Assembly (NCBI GenBank): GCA_028534125.1
Contig: CM052816.1
Span: 51,338,001-51,402,000 of the forward strand
Direction: 5' to 3'
DNA from: Lama glama
Lineage: Eukaryota
DNA: 64,000 nt
Of this stretch, positions 1 through 11,725 are shown in pieces. The stretch's first letter is position 1. Every line of letters begins with the position of its first letter. The notes under the pieces were generated by a model. That model made no database searches and was not told the DNA's origin. It was given only the letters and a program-made list of their open reading frames with translations. The translations under genes and the position numbers were made by a program.

Positions 1-404
1 CGGGAGGCTTGCCACCTTGGGTTTCACTGAGGATAAGGCTCAGTGAACAAATACCAGGCTGAAACACAAGCTGACTTTTCCTTAGGAGGAGGGATATGGC
101 TTAGGATGGGTTTAGGGATTTCAATCCTGTGTTTGCCTTCCCAGCCTGCATGTGATTGTGCCAGAGGCCCCCTACCTTCCTGCTGCACTGCAAATTTTTC
201 ATTAGTATCAGCTGTCTTATAGAACTTGTGTATTCTAGAAAATGTTCATCAGTATTGCATAAAATAAATGTTCTTCTGTCTTATGTTAAATAGAATCAAA
301 GCTGGTCCCACAGAAAACATCCTTGGTCAAGGAATAAAAAAATGATAGCCACTGGTCATTCAATAATTGCTTATTAAGCATAAAGCACTTTGAGGAAAGT
401 AGTG

Positions 405-920
405 TAATGATGAAGTTCTTGGTCACAAGCAATAGAAACTGACTGGCTGATTTTAGCAGGAAAGGAATTTATTGGCAAAGTATCAAGTAGCTCATAGAAT
501 CAACAGGAAGACTGAAGAGCCAGGCTGAAAAAGCAGGCAGGAACCACGGGCAATCAGACAGTAGGAACCATAACAGGGGTATATCCAAGTTTGGTTAGGA
601 TACTGCTGCTGACCCCTCCACAGGGAAAGCTACTGCTAGACACCGTGCTGGAACCACTGGCTGCTGGGAACATATTTTAATCACCCTTATCCTTCAAAGG
701 ATTCACTTCGGTTTCAAATTCCCCCGTCTGATTGGCCAAACCCAGGTTTCATGCTCCCTCACTGCTGGGGTTGGGAAGAAGGGATGTCTGGCTAATCGGG
801 CTTTTGGAGAGGGAGTTGGAGCCATAATGCTCACCAAGACTCACATCATGGGGAATTTCCTTCAAATAGGGAGAGAGTTTAGATGTTCAATGGCCAGAGA
901 AATGATGAATGTCCCCTTCA
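405..920 (-). mobile_element. MaLR LTR, MLT1K/L-like
   Basis: Begins 'ttcttggtcacaagcaatagaaactgactggctgattttagcaggaaaggaatttatt', the reverse complement of an old MLT1 3' end with its polyA signal; contains 'ctgattggcc'. Confidence 0.75.
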
Positions 921-1289
921 GTCCATAACTTCGACCATCCAACATATGCTCTTTTCCCCATACTTCCTCAAAGAGATCCTATGGCCATCACTGCTGCAAC
1001 TTGTCAGTATGCTACGTTTTTTTAAGGGAGGAAGGGGATGATATGTCCTGTAATCTCATTATGTCATTCCTCCACCCTTAGTACCTCAAAAAATCAGTTT
1101 TGAGGTAATTTTAAGGTACATCTTCTATATAACCATTAATATGAGGGGGGGGTGATCATGAACTCATGTTCCTAGCAGCAAAAAGATCAATTTTTTAAAA
1201 GTGTGTTCTTTTTCTAAGATGATAAAGAATATAACTGATCCATAGTGGAAAGGCAAGCCTAAATCACGCAATAAAAAGAGTACAAGATA

Positions 1290-1540
1290 CTGGCACTAGA
1301 CCTGTGTTGGGATTGCAAAGACAAGTAAGATAGAGCCCTTGCCCCACAAGAGTTTAGAGTATGGTGGAATGACTCACTTCAATAGATGATTGGAGTATAT
1401 TGTGAGAAGTACTGTAAGAAATAGATGCAGAGTTTAGTGGAAGCATGTAGGAAGGACCCTGACCTCAAACTTGGGGGGCAGGGTGGAGGATGAGAATATG
1501 ATAACCTGAGCTGTCTTCTAAAGGATGAGTAGGGGTTAGC
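1290..1540 (-). mobile_element. L2 fragment
   Basis: 'gcccttgccccacaagagtttagagt...ctgagctgtcttctaaaggatgagtaggggttag' resembles the antisense L2 3' region. Confidence 0.6.
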
Positions 1541-1649
1541 TTCTGTCTTGTAAGCGTATTTTATAATCAAGAGCAATAAGTCACTCAGACAGCAGTTATG
1601 TTGCATTTTTATTGAGAACAGTTAGAATAGCGCCCTTTAGTTCACCTAT

Positions 1650-1815
1650 TATAACACTTACGCTGTATCGTAATCTCCCGTGCTCTTGTCTATCTTTCCA
1701 TCAACCTTTAAGCTCTGTGGTGATAGGGACCATGTCCATCCTGGTCATGGTTGTATTCTCGGCGTCTAGCACAGTACCTGGCACAGGGTGATACATGTTT
1801 GCTAAAGGAAAGAAC
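1650..1815 (+). mobile_element. L2 3' end
   Basis: 'taagctctgtggtgatagggaccatgtc...tctagcacagtacctggcaca' is a typical L2 terminus. Confidence 0.7.
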
Positions 1816-2356
1816 AACATCAAAACATTTTACATATGGACATAGAAATAATTGCTGGAGAAACAAATTTGACAATTAGTTAAAATACTGTTAAACTTCA
1901 GAGGCAGCTTGTATATAGCTTACTTTTAGTCAGTACTTATGTTGGTAAAGTCATAAAACTAGGGTTATACCTTTGATCTGTTGTAAACTATCCAAAGACT
2001 TACCTACTGCTTACTAAATACAAATACAAAAGAGAATAAGAGTAATGGTGTTCATATCTTTTTTTACATAAAAAAGAAGGATTAACTTCCAAACGATTTA
2101 ATTTCTCATTAAGTTAAATGACAAAACTTCTTTTTTTAAAAACTCAAGATGTTGAGAGGGAAGTAGTACTGCAATGCTGCAACATAATAGGAAGAAGCTG
2201 AAAGGAAATCTTATATCCCTGTTTTAGCTTGAGAGGCAGGAAACTTGCCTTAAGGGTTAATACTTTATGATGCATGGAAACTTTCTGTGGTCACATGGCA
2301 ATATCTGACTTAAAAAATTGGTGTTTCCAATAAATTAAATCCTAAATAGATGATAC

Positions 2357-2534
2357 CAGTGGTTCACAAATATTAGAGTGCCTCCGAATTACCCAGATTG
2401 GTAAAACACAGATTTCTGGCCTCTACCCTCAAAGTTTCTGGTTCAATAAATTTGGGGTGAGGCCCATAAGCTGTAGCTCTAACAAGTTCCCAAGTGTGCT
2501 GCCTTTTGGGGGCTGTACATTGAGAACAATTGGA
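2357..2534. mobile_element. MER5A (hAT-Charlie)
   Basis: 'cagtggttcacaaa...cagatttctggcctctaccctcaaagtttctg...tgagaacaattg'. Confidence 0.75.
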
Positions 2535-2983
2535 CTACAGCAATCATTTACATTTTACCATAGCTTTCATGATTTCACTTATTATTATATTCCTCCACTC
2601 CTCATTCAGATATAAACATTTCTCCTTTTCTTAGAAAATTCGAGATTTTCTTTTACAAACTACTGATATCTCTATAACACCTCAAAGAGGAAAATATAAA
2701 ACTTCTCTGAAGAAATATACTTTAATCAGACTGTCCAGGATTATATAGATCAAATCTCTCTGAAAATGAGCTTAAAAATATAAAATTACAAAACATGTAT
2801 GAAAATAATCCACCGTAAATTAGTCAGCAGACACACTAAATAGTTAGATATAGCCCTAAGAATTTTGTATAACAGAACACTCTGATAGAGACTATTATAT
2901 AACAATATAATCATACTAAAGATATTTTAAAATCCAAATTCTATTTTAAAAACTGAGAAACTATAAAAAGAAGAAAAAGTTGT

Positions 2984-3080
2984 GGGAGGGGAATAGCTCA
3001 ATGGTAGAGTTTAGCGTTAGTGCTTATCATGCAGAAGGTCCAGGTCTCAATCCCCAGAACCTCCATGAAAAAAAGAAAAA
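2984..3080 (+). mobile_element. Vic-1-type camelid SINE (short form)
   Basis: 'gggaggggaatagctcaatggtagag...tgcttatcatgcagaaggtccaggtctcaatccccagaacctcca' plus an A-rich tail; tRNA-derived A/B boxes. Confidence 0.8.
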
Positions 3081-3224
3081 GCAACAGTTGATTTGAAAAG
3101 TAAAATTTCAAGAAGTGAAAAATACACTCACTAAAATTTTTAATAATCACGGCTAAAGAGGTGATTCGTGAACTGGGAGATAACTCTGAAACAATTAGAG
3201 AAAATGAAGTTACAGTTACAGATA

Positions 3225-3320
3225 CTGGGTTGCCAAGGACTTTCTTGGTTTTAGTACTGAAAATCCCACATCCTGGTAAGCCCCTCAGTCCTGAACAAAC
3301 TGGGTGATTGGTCACCCTAG
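3225..3320. mobile_element. MER81-like (hAT-Blackjack)
   Basis: Ends 'ttggtcacccta' (TIR); internal 'ttttagtactgaaaatcccacatcc'. Confidence 0.7.
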
Positions 3321-4059
3321 TTAACAGATACAAAGTATAGAACACGAAGGGCCAATATAGGAATTCCAAGATGAAAGAATATTAAGAATGAACAGGAGAG
3401 AGGAAATACTTGAAGAGATACCAATGTGAATTTTCCAAAATTGATGGGTGCAAGTTCTAAAGATAGCAGAATAAGAATTTTAAGATTCAGGGATCATAGA
3501 TACCAAGAAAAATAAATAGAAATATATCCAGACACATTGCAGCAAAACTACAGAACATCAGAGACAAGTGGTAAGTACTCAAGAGTTACCATAGAGAGCA
3601 AACAGATGACTTACAAAGGAATAAAATGTAGACTGGCAGGAGATAATACAAATATACAAAAGTCAATATAATAACAATTTTAAAGGCCTGAGGTGAAATA
3701 ACTTGCCATCAAGAATTCTGTACCCAGATATAGTTTACAAGTTAAGGCAACACCCCCACCCCACCCTATGAAAGGCTATTTTCACACAAACGAGTATAAA
3801 GGAAGGCCGCTTCCCAGCCTCATGGTCCAGCCTCATGGTGCATCCTGCCTCCCCACAGACCAAGTTTAGCTGTTCGCCAGATAGGGGGCCTGTGTACTTG
3901 CTGATTGCCTTTGTCAAGTACTGTGGCTGGTGTCCACCTTGAGCATCTTCGTACAACAAAGGGAAATCCACCATAACCAAAGCCGAAAAGAGAGCTGAAG
4001 CCAGACTGGTAAGGAAATACCACAGGCTACTCTTAGAGGGTTGCCAATAAGAGGAACCT

Positions 4060-4460
4060 AGAGCCTCATGATTAATAGCAATGCAGGAAACAGGAGAAGA
4101 AACCTTGGCCAAGGAAGAGAGAGTTAGAATTGAGGACTTTACAAACGTCAGCCAAGATCTTAGAAGGGCTACAGTGAGAGGATAAGACAGAAAAATCTCT
4201 GCTGGGAAAAAGAACCATAAAGAAAAGCTGTCTTTCACAGGTCTTATTATGGGGTGAGGAAGAAAAAAAAATTTTTACTTGATGAATTCATAAGCACACA
4301 TCTGCCCACACTGGGTTTGGTATTTACGTTAATTTGTGTGGTCTAGGAAAGTCTGTGCCAAACGCTTCTAGCTCGATAATGCCCCAGGGCATCTGGCAGA
4401 AGCAAAGGCAAATCCTCACTAGAAAAATATACCTTTAATTCAGGCTGTTCCATACTCAGT
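4060..4460 (+). mobile_element. HAL1 5' region fragment
   Basis: 'gccccagggcatctggcagaagcaaaggcaaatcctc' resembles the HAL1 5' UTR. Confidence 0.55.
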
Positions 4461-6534
4461 TCTACCACAAAAATATATATAAATGTTTGTGTGTGTGTGC
4501 ATGTATGTGTGTGTTTTATTGATGTAAGTTAATAGCTCTTCTGATGAGTATTATGGAACTTTTGTTATTCAGGCAGCTCAATATATCATTAGTGCTAAAA
4601 TTGAATTCCTTTTAGAATTCAATAGTTGCCAGCCTACTTGCTCAGGTATACATTCCTGAATTTTCTTGTTCTGCATTTTATAAGGGCATTATATGATGTT
4701 CAATAAACTCCCTCATTTGTGACAATCAATGTTTGGCATTCTAAAAGTTTAAGTCATTTAGTATACAGTTAGATTTTAATAAAATTATACAACTCCCTGG
4801 ATCTTTAATTATATACTTACTGAGCCATATACAGCCAATCCTTCCAAAAGGCTCTTTTATTCAAAATTATAACCTTTTCAGTGTTTCCTCAACAACTACT
4901 AGCCTCTAATAAAAGTTGTCATGATTGTTGTGGTTTTTTAAGAAGTTACGTTCTGATCCCCCCTTTAATACCTAGTACAGTATGAATTATGTGATGAATT
5001 ATTTAATGTCTTTGTGATTAGAGAAAGAGAAGGGAGAAGGAATTCAGGGTATAGGTGCCAGTAGAGAGAGGTTGTTGTTCTGAGTGTTAAGCGTTAGCTC
5101 AGATCCTGAAATGTTTTGGAACTGTAAACCAAATGTCCCTAGGCCTCACCAATGTGACTTGAGGGTATCATCAACTTTCATAATTGTAGAAATTCAGCAC
5201 CTTGCCAGTATCTCCCTCCCCTTCAAGTCATTCTGGGAGCCCCTGGGGAGGGTTTCAAATAACTACGTTCAAGAGCCTGTGCTCCGCTACTTTTACAGCC
5301 AGTCTCCCCTGTACATCTTCTCTGTATGCTAACTCCAGCAGGCCCCACAGCCTCCACAGGGGTGCTTCCTGTGCTGCTCAGGAAGGAAGCTAACTGTCTC
5401 GGGTGCTATCTCCTGTGGCAAAGCCTCTGAGGTGTCACAGTGACACCTTCTATCCTCCCTATGTTGGAGCTAGGCTCTTTAGATGCAGAAATGCAAAGAA
5501 TGACCTTTCCACAAGGATTAGTCTTGGCCCCTGAGTACTAACTAGATCTGAATGATCAGATGGCATCTTGTTCCCTCCATTTCATTGTTGCTTTGGTTCC
5601 TGGCCCCAAATACAGAAAGGACTCCTTTACTCTCCACTCATATGTACTTGATAAAGTGATGCATGCGTTCCAGTTTAGGCTCAACTGGATTATCTAACTA
5701 TGAAACATTTCCTTATTCTTTCGAAAAAAAATCTATGGAGCATCTATTACATGCAGGGTGCTATGCCAGGAGCTGTGGCAGACACAACGAGGAATTAGAG
5801 GCAGCTACTTGGATATGAGATTGACATGTTTCCACCTGAAACCAATGGCTAAGGAGTTCAGTTATGATATCTTCTTGTAAAGAATCTCATCAATCCTAAT
5901 ATTAACCCTGTTACATTTTGAAATTTGACCTTTAAAAATCTGACTTAGGACAATGGGAGGCAAATCCAAATAAAGAAGAGCCTACGTTACTTCCAAAGGT
6001 TAATGAATGATGGTAGGGTTTATTATTCAGGAAGATGAATAAAAATTCAAAGCAGTTTAAATCAAACACACGTCTGTCCATGAGGTGCCATCATCTGGTG
6101 CCGAAGCTACCACCAAGTGGTTAGAAACTTTTGGAAGCTGCATTAATTCTTTCAATAAGTTCCTGCCTTGAGCAGTTAATGGCTAGGCCTGGAAGAACAT
6201 GGTTCTGCTATTGAGCATACCTTAACACCTTGCCCTGTGATGGCAGATGACAAGAGGTCTGCATCACTGTAGACAAATGATTCATATCAGAACGGACAGC
6301 CAACCAACTAATTGTCAGGAGGAACTTAAGTCATACCGCTGACATCTGGGAGAGAGACACTTAGTACCACAGGGAGAAAAAACATGATGGAAGTAATTTT
6401 CTACTGTGTGAAAATGTATACCAGATGGATACACTTAATATGACCCAAAAAAATCCCGAAATAGTCTACATCCTGGAATTTCTCTTCCAGCTCTGAAATG
6501 ATGAGATCTATATCCAGATTTGGATACTTTAGAC

Positions 6535-6849
6535 CCGTGCTGTTCAAGCAGCCACTAGCTACATGGGGCCATTGAGCACTGGAAATGTGGCTAGTCTGAA
6601 TTGAGATGTGCTGTATGTGTAAAATATGCATCATATTTCAAAAGTTTATTAAAAATAAACAATGTAAAAGGTCTCATCAGTATTTTAAAATATTAATCAC
6701 ATGTTGACATCAGAATATTTTTGATATTTTGGATTAAATAAAATGTTTAAAAATAAATCAACCTGTTTTGTTTTCATTTTTAAATGTGGCTACCAGGAAA
6801 TTTTAAATTAAATTTATAGCTTGCATTATAATTCTATTGAATAACACTG
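6535..6849 (-). mobile_element. MER33 (hAT-Charlie), near full length, inserted in the TLR relic
   Basis: 'agccactagctacatggggccattgagcactggaaatgtggctagtctgaattgagatgtgctg...ctattgaataacactg'; 8-bp TSD ctttagac (6527-6534) / ttttagat (6850-6857). Confidence 0.9.
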
Positions 6850-7315
6850 TTTTAGATATAACTGTACTTAACTATACTTGGAGATAACCTGGAGCTGGCC
6901 CTTTTGTGTTTAGATAAAATGTCCACTAACACCACCTCTAGCAGTATTATTCTCATAAGCACATGTCGTTGTGCTCAGTGTCTGGGAGGCAAATACATAG
7001 TAACCTGCACCATTTTACCATTTTACCATTGCACTGAATTCAAAGGGATTACCATGAAGAAGCCTACCATACAAGGCCACTTACAAACAGTTTTATAGCC
7101 CACTAACAACAAACCTTTTCATACTATGGCTTCAACTATGTGCTAGCATAAACAGCTCAATTAGCTGAAGTTTGAAGATAATCCCAACAAGATCCTATGG
7201 CCACTAAGAACAGATATTTGAAAGGAAAAAAATCTGTGAAAATGAATAGAATATATTTGTGAACCCCTAGAGTTGGAAGACTTAATAACAAGATCAGTGG
7301 CACTGAAAATACCCT

Positions 7316-7723
7316 TGTTACAGTCTGAATTATGCCCCCACCTACCCAAATTCATATGCTGAAGCCTTCATTCTTAGTGTGACTGTGTTTGAAGATAGGG
7401 CCTTTAAGGAGATAAAGTTACATGAGGTCATAAGGAGGGGCCCTAATTGGATGGGACTGGTGTCTTTATAAGAAGAGGAGGAGACATCAAACTAGACCTC
7501 TCTCTCCCCTCCATGACCCCCAGTTGAGCACAGAGGCCATGTGAAGATACAGCAAGAAGGTGGCCCTCTTCAAGCGAGGAACAGAGTTCTCACCAGCAAG
7601 TGAATTTACCAGCACCTTGATCATGAACGAGCTTCCAAAACTGATTAAAAAAAATGTATTGTGGAAGCCTGCTGCTTACTACCACAAACTATCTTATTAT
7701 GACAGTTCATGCAGACTAATCCA
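7316..7723 (+). mobile_element. MaLR solo LTR, MLT1B/MLT1A0-like, inserted in the TLR relic
   Basis: 'tgttacagtctgaattatgccccc...caaattcatatgctgaagcc...gccatgtgaagatacagcaagaaggtggcc...cagactaatcca'. Confidence 0.85.
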
Positions 7724-8229
7724 ACACTTAAAAGGGATTCTGGAGAAAGGGTTTACAACATCACTTTAGTGGGTCTTGAACTGCCTTCTTTTGTTGTTGG
7801 TGTGGCACCACATAATGGAGACCATGTCCTGATGCCTTGACAGTGACATAAAACTACTCAAGCAATCAGCAACACAGTCAAAGCCTCAAGAATGGTAAAT
7901 CCCCCATCTCTGAGAGGATTTATTTTGAAATTTTCAAATTCTGTGAAGACTGTTGAGTTAGCTATACATTCCATGGGACCTTTCTAAAATTTTTCTGGCT
8001 GAGAAATGACCTCAGAAATTTCAAGAGAAGCAGAAAGTTTTAGCTGTAGATGTCATTCTAATGAATACCAAAGAGATTTTTATCTTGTTCTTTTATCTTG
8101 TATTCAAACTAGCCCTTAATTTAATACATCTTCACCTAAGTAGTTCTCATTAATAAGAATATGCTCTAAAATCAGGCCATTATCTATACTAAATTAATTC
8201 AGTGAAGCATTATTTTAATTCTAGACAGG

Positions 8230-8411
8230 TTGGAATCAAACTTTTCTGGCATTAAGAATCATGTGTGGACTTGTTAAAAATACAGATTCTAGGTTCTCAT
8301 CCCCTGGGGATTTTGATCTATGGTGTCTGTGGGGCCAGCCCTTTGTATTTAAAATATACCCCGAGAGCTCCTGACCTCAGCAGTCCCTAGACCACACTTT
8401 GAGAAACACTA
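8230..8411. mobile_element. MER5A, inserted in the TLR relic
   Basis: 'gacttgttaaaaatacagattctagg...gaccacactttgagaaacact'. Confidence 0.75.
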
Positions 8412-8784
8412 TTTTAGGTCTCAAGCAGATTTGAAGAACAATTTATCTGAAATTTAAATGGAAACATAATTACTGTTGTTTGCATGCTTACTATGGGTAT
8501 AATTATACTTTGAGATGCATGTCGGCCCTTCTTTTTTCACTCTGTTATATCCTCAACAATGGCAATTTTAATGAAAAGTTTATATGTGTTAACTTCATTT
8601 ACTGTTTCACACACAAACTATGTGCTAAAAATCATGTCAACACTCCATCTGAAGGGGCATTTTTTAGAAGGTGTAAAGAACATTTGCATTCCACAATAAC
8701 TTTTGATCTAAAATGAACAATGAAAGGAAAAGAGAGATGTATTCATTCATACGAGTATATATTAGTGATGACATTAGTGAAATG

Positions 8785-9945
8785 TATTCACTTAAGCAAC
8801 AAATAATATGTGTGAGATGTGGGGCTAGCACAGTGGGAGAGACAAAGATGCGTTAGAGAGAGAGCTGTCCTCAAGAAGTTTACAATCTAGTAGGCAAGAT
8901 AAGGCAAGGTCCCAGAAGAGATAAGATGTGTATACCCTAGGACACACAACTTGAACCCTGTAGGAATTTAGGGGAGGGACTATTCAGTATGATTGTAGCA
9001 AAGGCTGAATCAGGGAAATGGAAGAAGATGAATCAAGAGAGGTAGGCAAGGGCCAGATCACAAAGAGTCTTGTGCACTAAACTAAGGGGTTTAATATTTT
9101 GAGAGCTATGGGGTGCGTTGATAGATTTTAAGGCGAGGGGTGGCATGCATTCACTCTCTGTAATTAATAAACACTTGCTGTGCATCCAGACCAGAATCAC
9201 CTGCAGAACTTTTAAACCATCTCTGAGCCCAGGCTCCACCCAGACCTACCCAATTAGAACCTGTAGGGCTGGTGAATGGTACTGTGTCATTTAGAATCTC
9301 TCCCACTGATTCTGAAGCATAACCACATTAGGCAACCACCACTGAAGAGTGTATTTAGATACATATGTATGAAAAACTCTTTGCCCTAAGGTGTCTTCGG
9401 AAGGGAGAACATCTGAGCAAAGGAACTGAGCTGGTTATAAAATTGCTTACATGGTGAGTGGGGCTGAAATCAACAGGAAGGAAGCAGTAACAGAAAAGCT
9501 GGACAGGTGAGGTGGGGGCGTCAACTGACTGGGTCATTTAATTCTTGAACAAGGAAAAGACATTCTGAAAAAATTATTTTAGGAAACTGTTTTGTCTGTA
9601 GTGTCCAGAATAGATTAGAAGAAGAAACTAGATGCAGAGACACCAAAAAGAGCTGAACACAGTAATCCAGGCATGGGATTATGGCAGATGGCTGAGGTGA
9701 TGACTGGAGGGATGGAGAAAAGTGGGTAAAACTGAGTGACAGTGTTGGGAAACTGCCACATGGCTTGTAACATGTGTCACTAACGAGAAAGGAGAAAAAC
9801 ACAAAGTGGGAGAAGGAAACAAGGCAGGAGAGAGAAAGTGGATGAGATAATGATGAAACTTGTGTTGTGAGAAGAGATAGTTGCATCCAGAAATGTGAAC
9901 TGCTAGTTGTATAGAACCTAGAATATAAGGTATTTGAAATTGTAC
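8785..9945 (-). mobile_element. L2 fragments, with a MER5B-like insert at ~9160-9343
   Basis: 'gtcctcaagaagtttacaatctagtagg', 'gggccagatcacaaagagtcttgtgc', 'cagtaatccaggcatgg'; insert 'agaatcacctgcagaacttttaaa...tgattctgaagc'. Confidence 0.65.
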
Positions 9946-10384
9946 CAAAAGTAGCTCTTTTGTAGATGGAAAACTAAAGTGTAAAATGACAAATATTCTG
10001 AAATATCAAGTAAAAGTGGCAATTCCTTTTGTGACTCAGACTTGAGGTTTATTATTGGAATTATTTTTTAAAATACATCACAAACCTGCAGTCTTGTTAC
10101 TATTTTATTTTTAAATTATTAGTTAAATTTTACTATTTATAGTATGTTTTACTTTTTTTTAATTAAAAAACTAAAACTATCTCTCTGTCCCCCAACCCTT
10201 GCTTTCTTGCGGTATCTCCTCTCGTACCCATGCTTTGGCTAGAAGTCAATTATGATAACAAGGGTGAAAAAGGACTAAGAAGCCTCTTGCCCGGGCCTCC
10301 TGCCAGGGACAGATGCGCTCACTCTCTGGTGCTTCCTGTGCACAAAGGACACTTAAGGCTTTAAACTGAAGGCTTGAAAGAAAA

Positions 10385-10552
10385 CAAGGTCTCTTACCCA
10401 TGTGCAGGCTGTGCACTGCTCAGCTCTGGGGTGCTGTTAACCTCTGTAGGTTTGTATGTTTAATTTCTGGTAGATGGAAATCAAGTGTTTGAGCAGGGGG
10501 TGCCTTTTCCCAATTCTCACTAAGGCACTGTGTGGACTCGCAACGATGCCAA
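10385..10552 (+). mobile_element. MER91A (hAT-Tip100)
   Basis: 'gtgcaggctgtgcactgctcagctctgggg...tttctggtagatgg...ggggtgccttttcccaattctcactaaggcac'. Confidence 0.75.
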
Positions 10553-10569
10553 AGGAAATCCTCTTCCTT

Positions 10570-10715
10570 CAGTGTTTCTCAAACCATGGTCTTGGGAGTA
10601 TCTACATTAGACTTCTTTGGGAACTGACTTAAAAATAGAGATTTCTGGATCTCACTTCAGACTACTGAGGTGAGCCTTGGAATCTGCATTTTTAACAAAC
10701 TCCCACATTCTATTT
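10570..10715. mobile_element. MER5A-like
   Basis: 'cagtgtttctcaaa...ggaatctgcatttttaacaaactccc'. Confidence 0.75.
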
Positions 10716-11329
10716 AAACACAACTTCTCAATTACTTAGCAGATGACCTCATTTCCCCCAACCAATCATAATAGCGTAAAGAAATATATATATATTTTAA
10801 ACCATTTTACTCCAAAACAAAAGAGACCACACGCCAGTTCCTAACTGCCCTTCTGTTTCAGAATAAAAATGTGGGAATAAAAATACAGATGTAGATGGTG
10901 AGAAGTGAGATTACAACTTCCATGCCAGAGACACAGAAAGGTGCCTCAAAATAGTGTAGAAAGTACCATACTAGGCCATGTGTTTGATCTGCCCAACCCA
11001 ATATGCCAGATTTATCCCTCTTCATGACCTCAAAAGTCTAGACCAGGAGTGTTTTTCGCACATCCCTAACTTGCCTGTTATGGATCATTGATCGATGTTT
11101 ATAAACTCTGATCAGGCACACATATTTATGTTATCAGTCTGCACAACACACGAAATAACAGTTCTTGTTTATTATCTGATGTGTACATTTTCACCTACCC
11201 TTCTGTGTCCTGAAAGGAGCTTTGCTGAGCTCTAAGTGGCACTCTCAGCGGCCACACCATGGGGTTTGATGGACAAAGTGGTATTTGCGCTAGCCTTCCC
11301 ATTGCTTCTTGATTTGTAGGCTGCAGTCC

Positions 11330-11560
11330 AAGCCCTTTGCAGGATGAAGAGCCCTAATCTTTTCAGTCTGTTCTCACAATAAGAACTGCCATTGCCTTTT
11401 AGTCATTTCAGTTGTCCTTTTAAGGATCTTGGTTTTTTTTAAATCCATGTTGTCTTTTGTAAGTTTTCTGTGTATATACATATGTACCAGTTTTCTCACA
11501 AGCGTAAGATCATGCATGTGATGCTTCTGATATCATTTCTCATCAATATATCACATTCTT
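11330..11560 (-). mobile_element. CR1/L3 fragment
   Basis: 'gccctaatcttttcagtctgttctcac...tcatttcagttgtcctt' resembles the antisense CR1 3' RT region. Confidence 0.45.
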
Positions 11561-11725
11561 GACCTTCTGAATGACCATTTGTGACCAGAGAAACAATCCC
11601 AGATATTGAAATATCAGATATTGAAATTTGATAAAAATGGAAAATTACCCAGGAAGAAGAGCCAAGATGAATTGAATACAATTAGCCAGCTGTTTTCCCC
11701 TGAGCAACATCACCTTCCATCTTAC

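Larger units (their letters stand above)
2680..3740 (+). mobile_element. HAL1/L1M ORF1-region fragment, interrupted by Vic-1 and MER81
   Basis: A-rich decayed L1 ORF1-like text: 'ccagacacattgcagcaaaactacagaacatcagagacaa', 'acttacaaaggaataaaatgtagactggcag', 'aagaattctgtacccag'. Confidence 0.7.
5900..8707 (-). pseudogene. Decayed Toll-like receptor gene (large coding exon: LRRs, TM, TIR), TLR11-family-like
   Basis: Minus-strand order: strong acceptor (ctctcttttcctttcattgttcattttag|, exon starts 8707); LRRs LEHILINENYL (8169), FLSQKNFRKVP (8006), QNLKISK*ILSEM; LHGNPFEF (7059); hydrophobic ITSIMFFLPVVLSVSL (~6397); TIR pieces YESFVYSDAD (6286), GVKVC (6229), LPGLAINCSR (6195), KFLTTWW, RVFDLNCFEFLFIFLNNKPYH (~6072-6010), YLDLP (5972). 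Many stops and frameshifts; three TE insertions. Confidence 0.8.
10330..11209 (-). pseudogene. TRIM relic, terminal PRY/SPRY (B30.2) exon, interrupted by MER5A and MER91A
   Basis: Acceptor ctcctttcag| at 11210; ENVHIR**TRTV (PRY-like), FINIDQ, EKHSW (11057-11043; cf. GKHYW), LAYWVG (~11009-10992), SLAWKL, GTGVW, YIYFF, GHLL (10748), and beyond the two TEs FFQAFSL (10382-10362; cf. xxPAFSL). Confidence 0.65.

Noticed and set aside
3790..4030. Histone H2B-like words (VHP...FV...YNKGKSTIT..E....RL) on +, and the 167-aa minus ORF
   Set aside because: Spacing does not match the histone fold; the segment sits between HAL1 pieces; likely chance.
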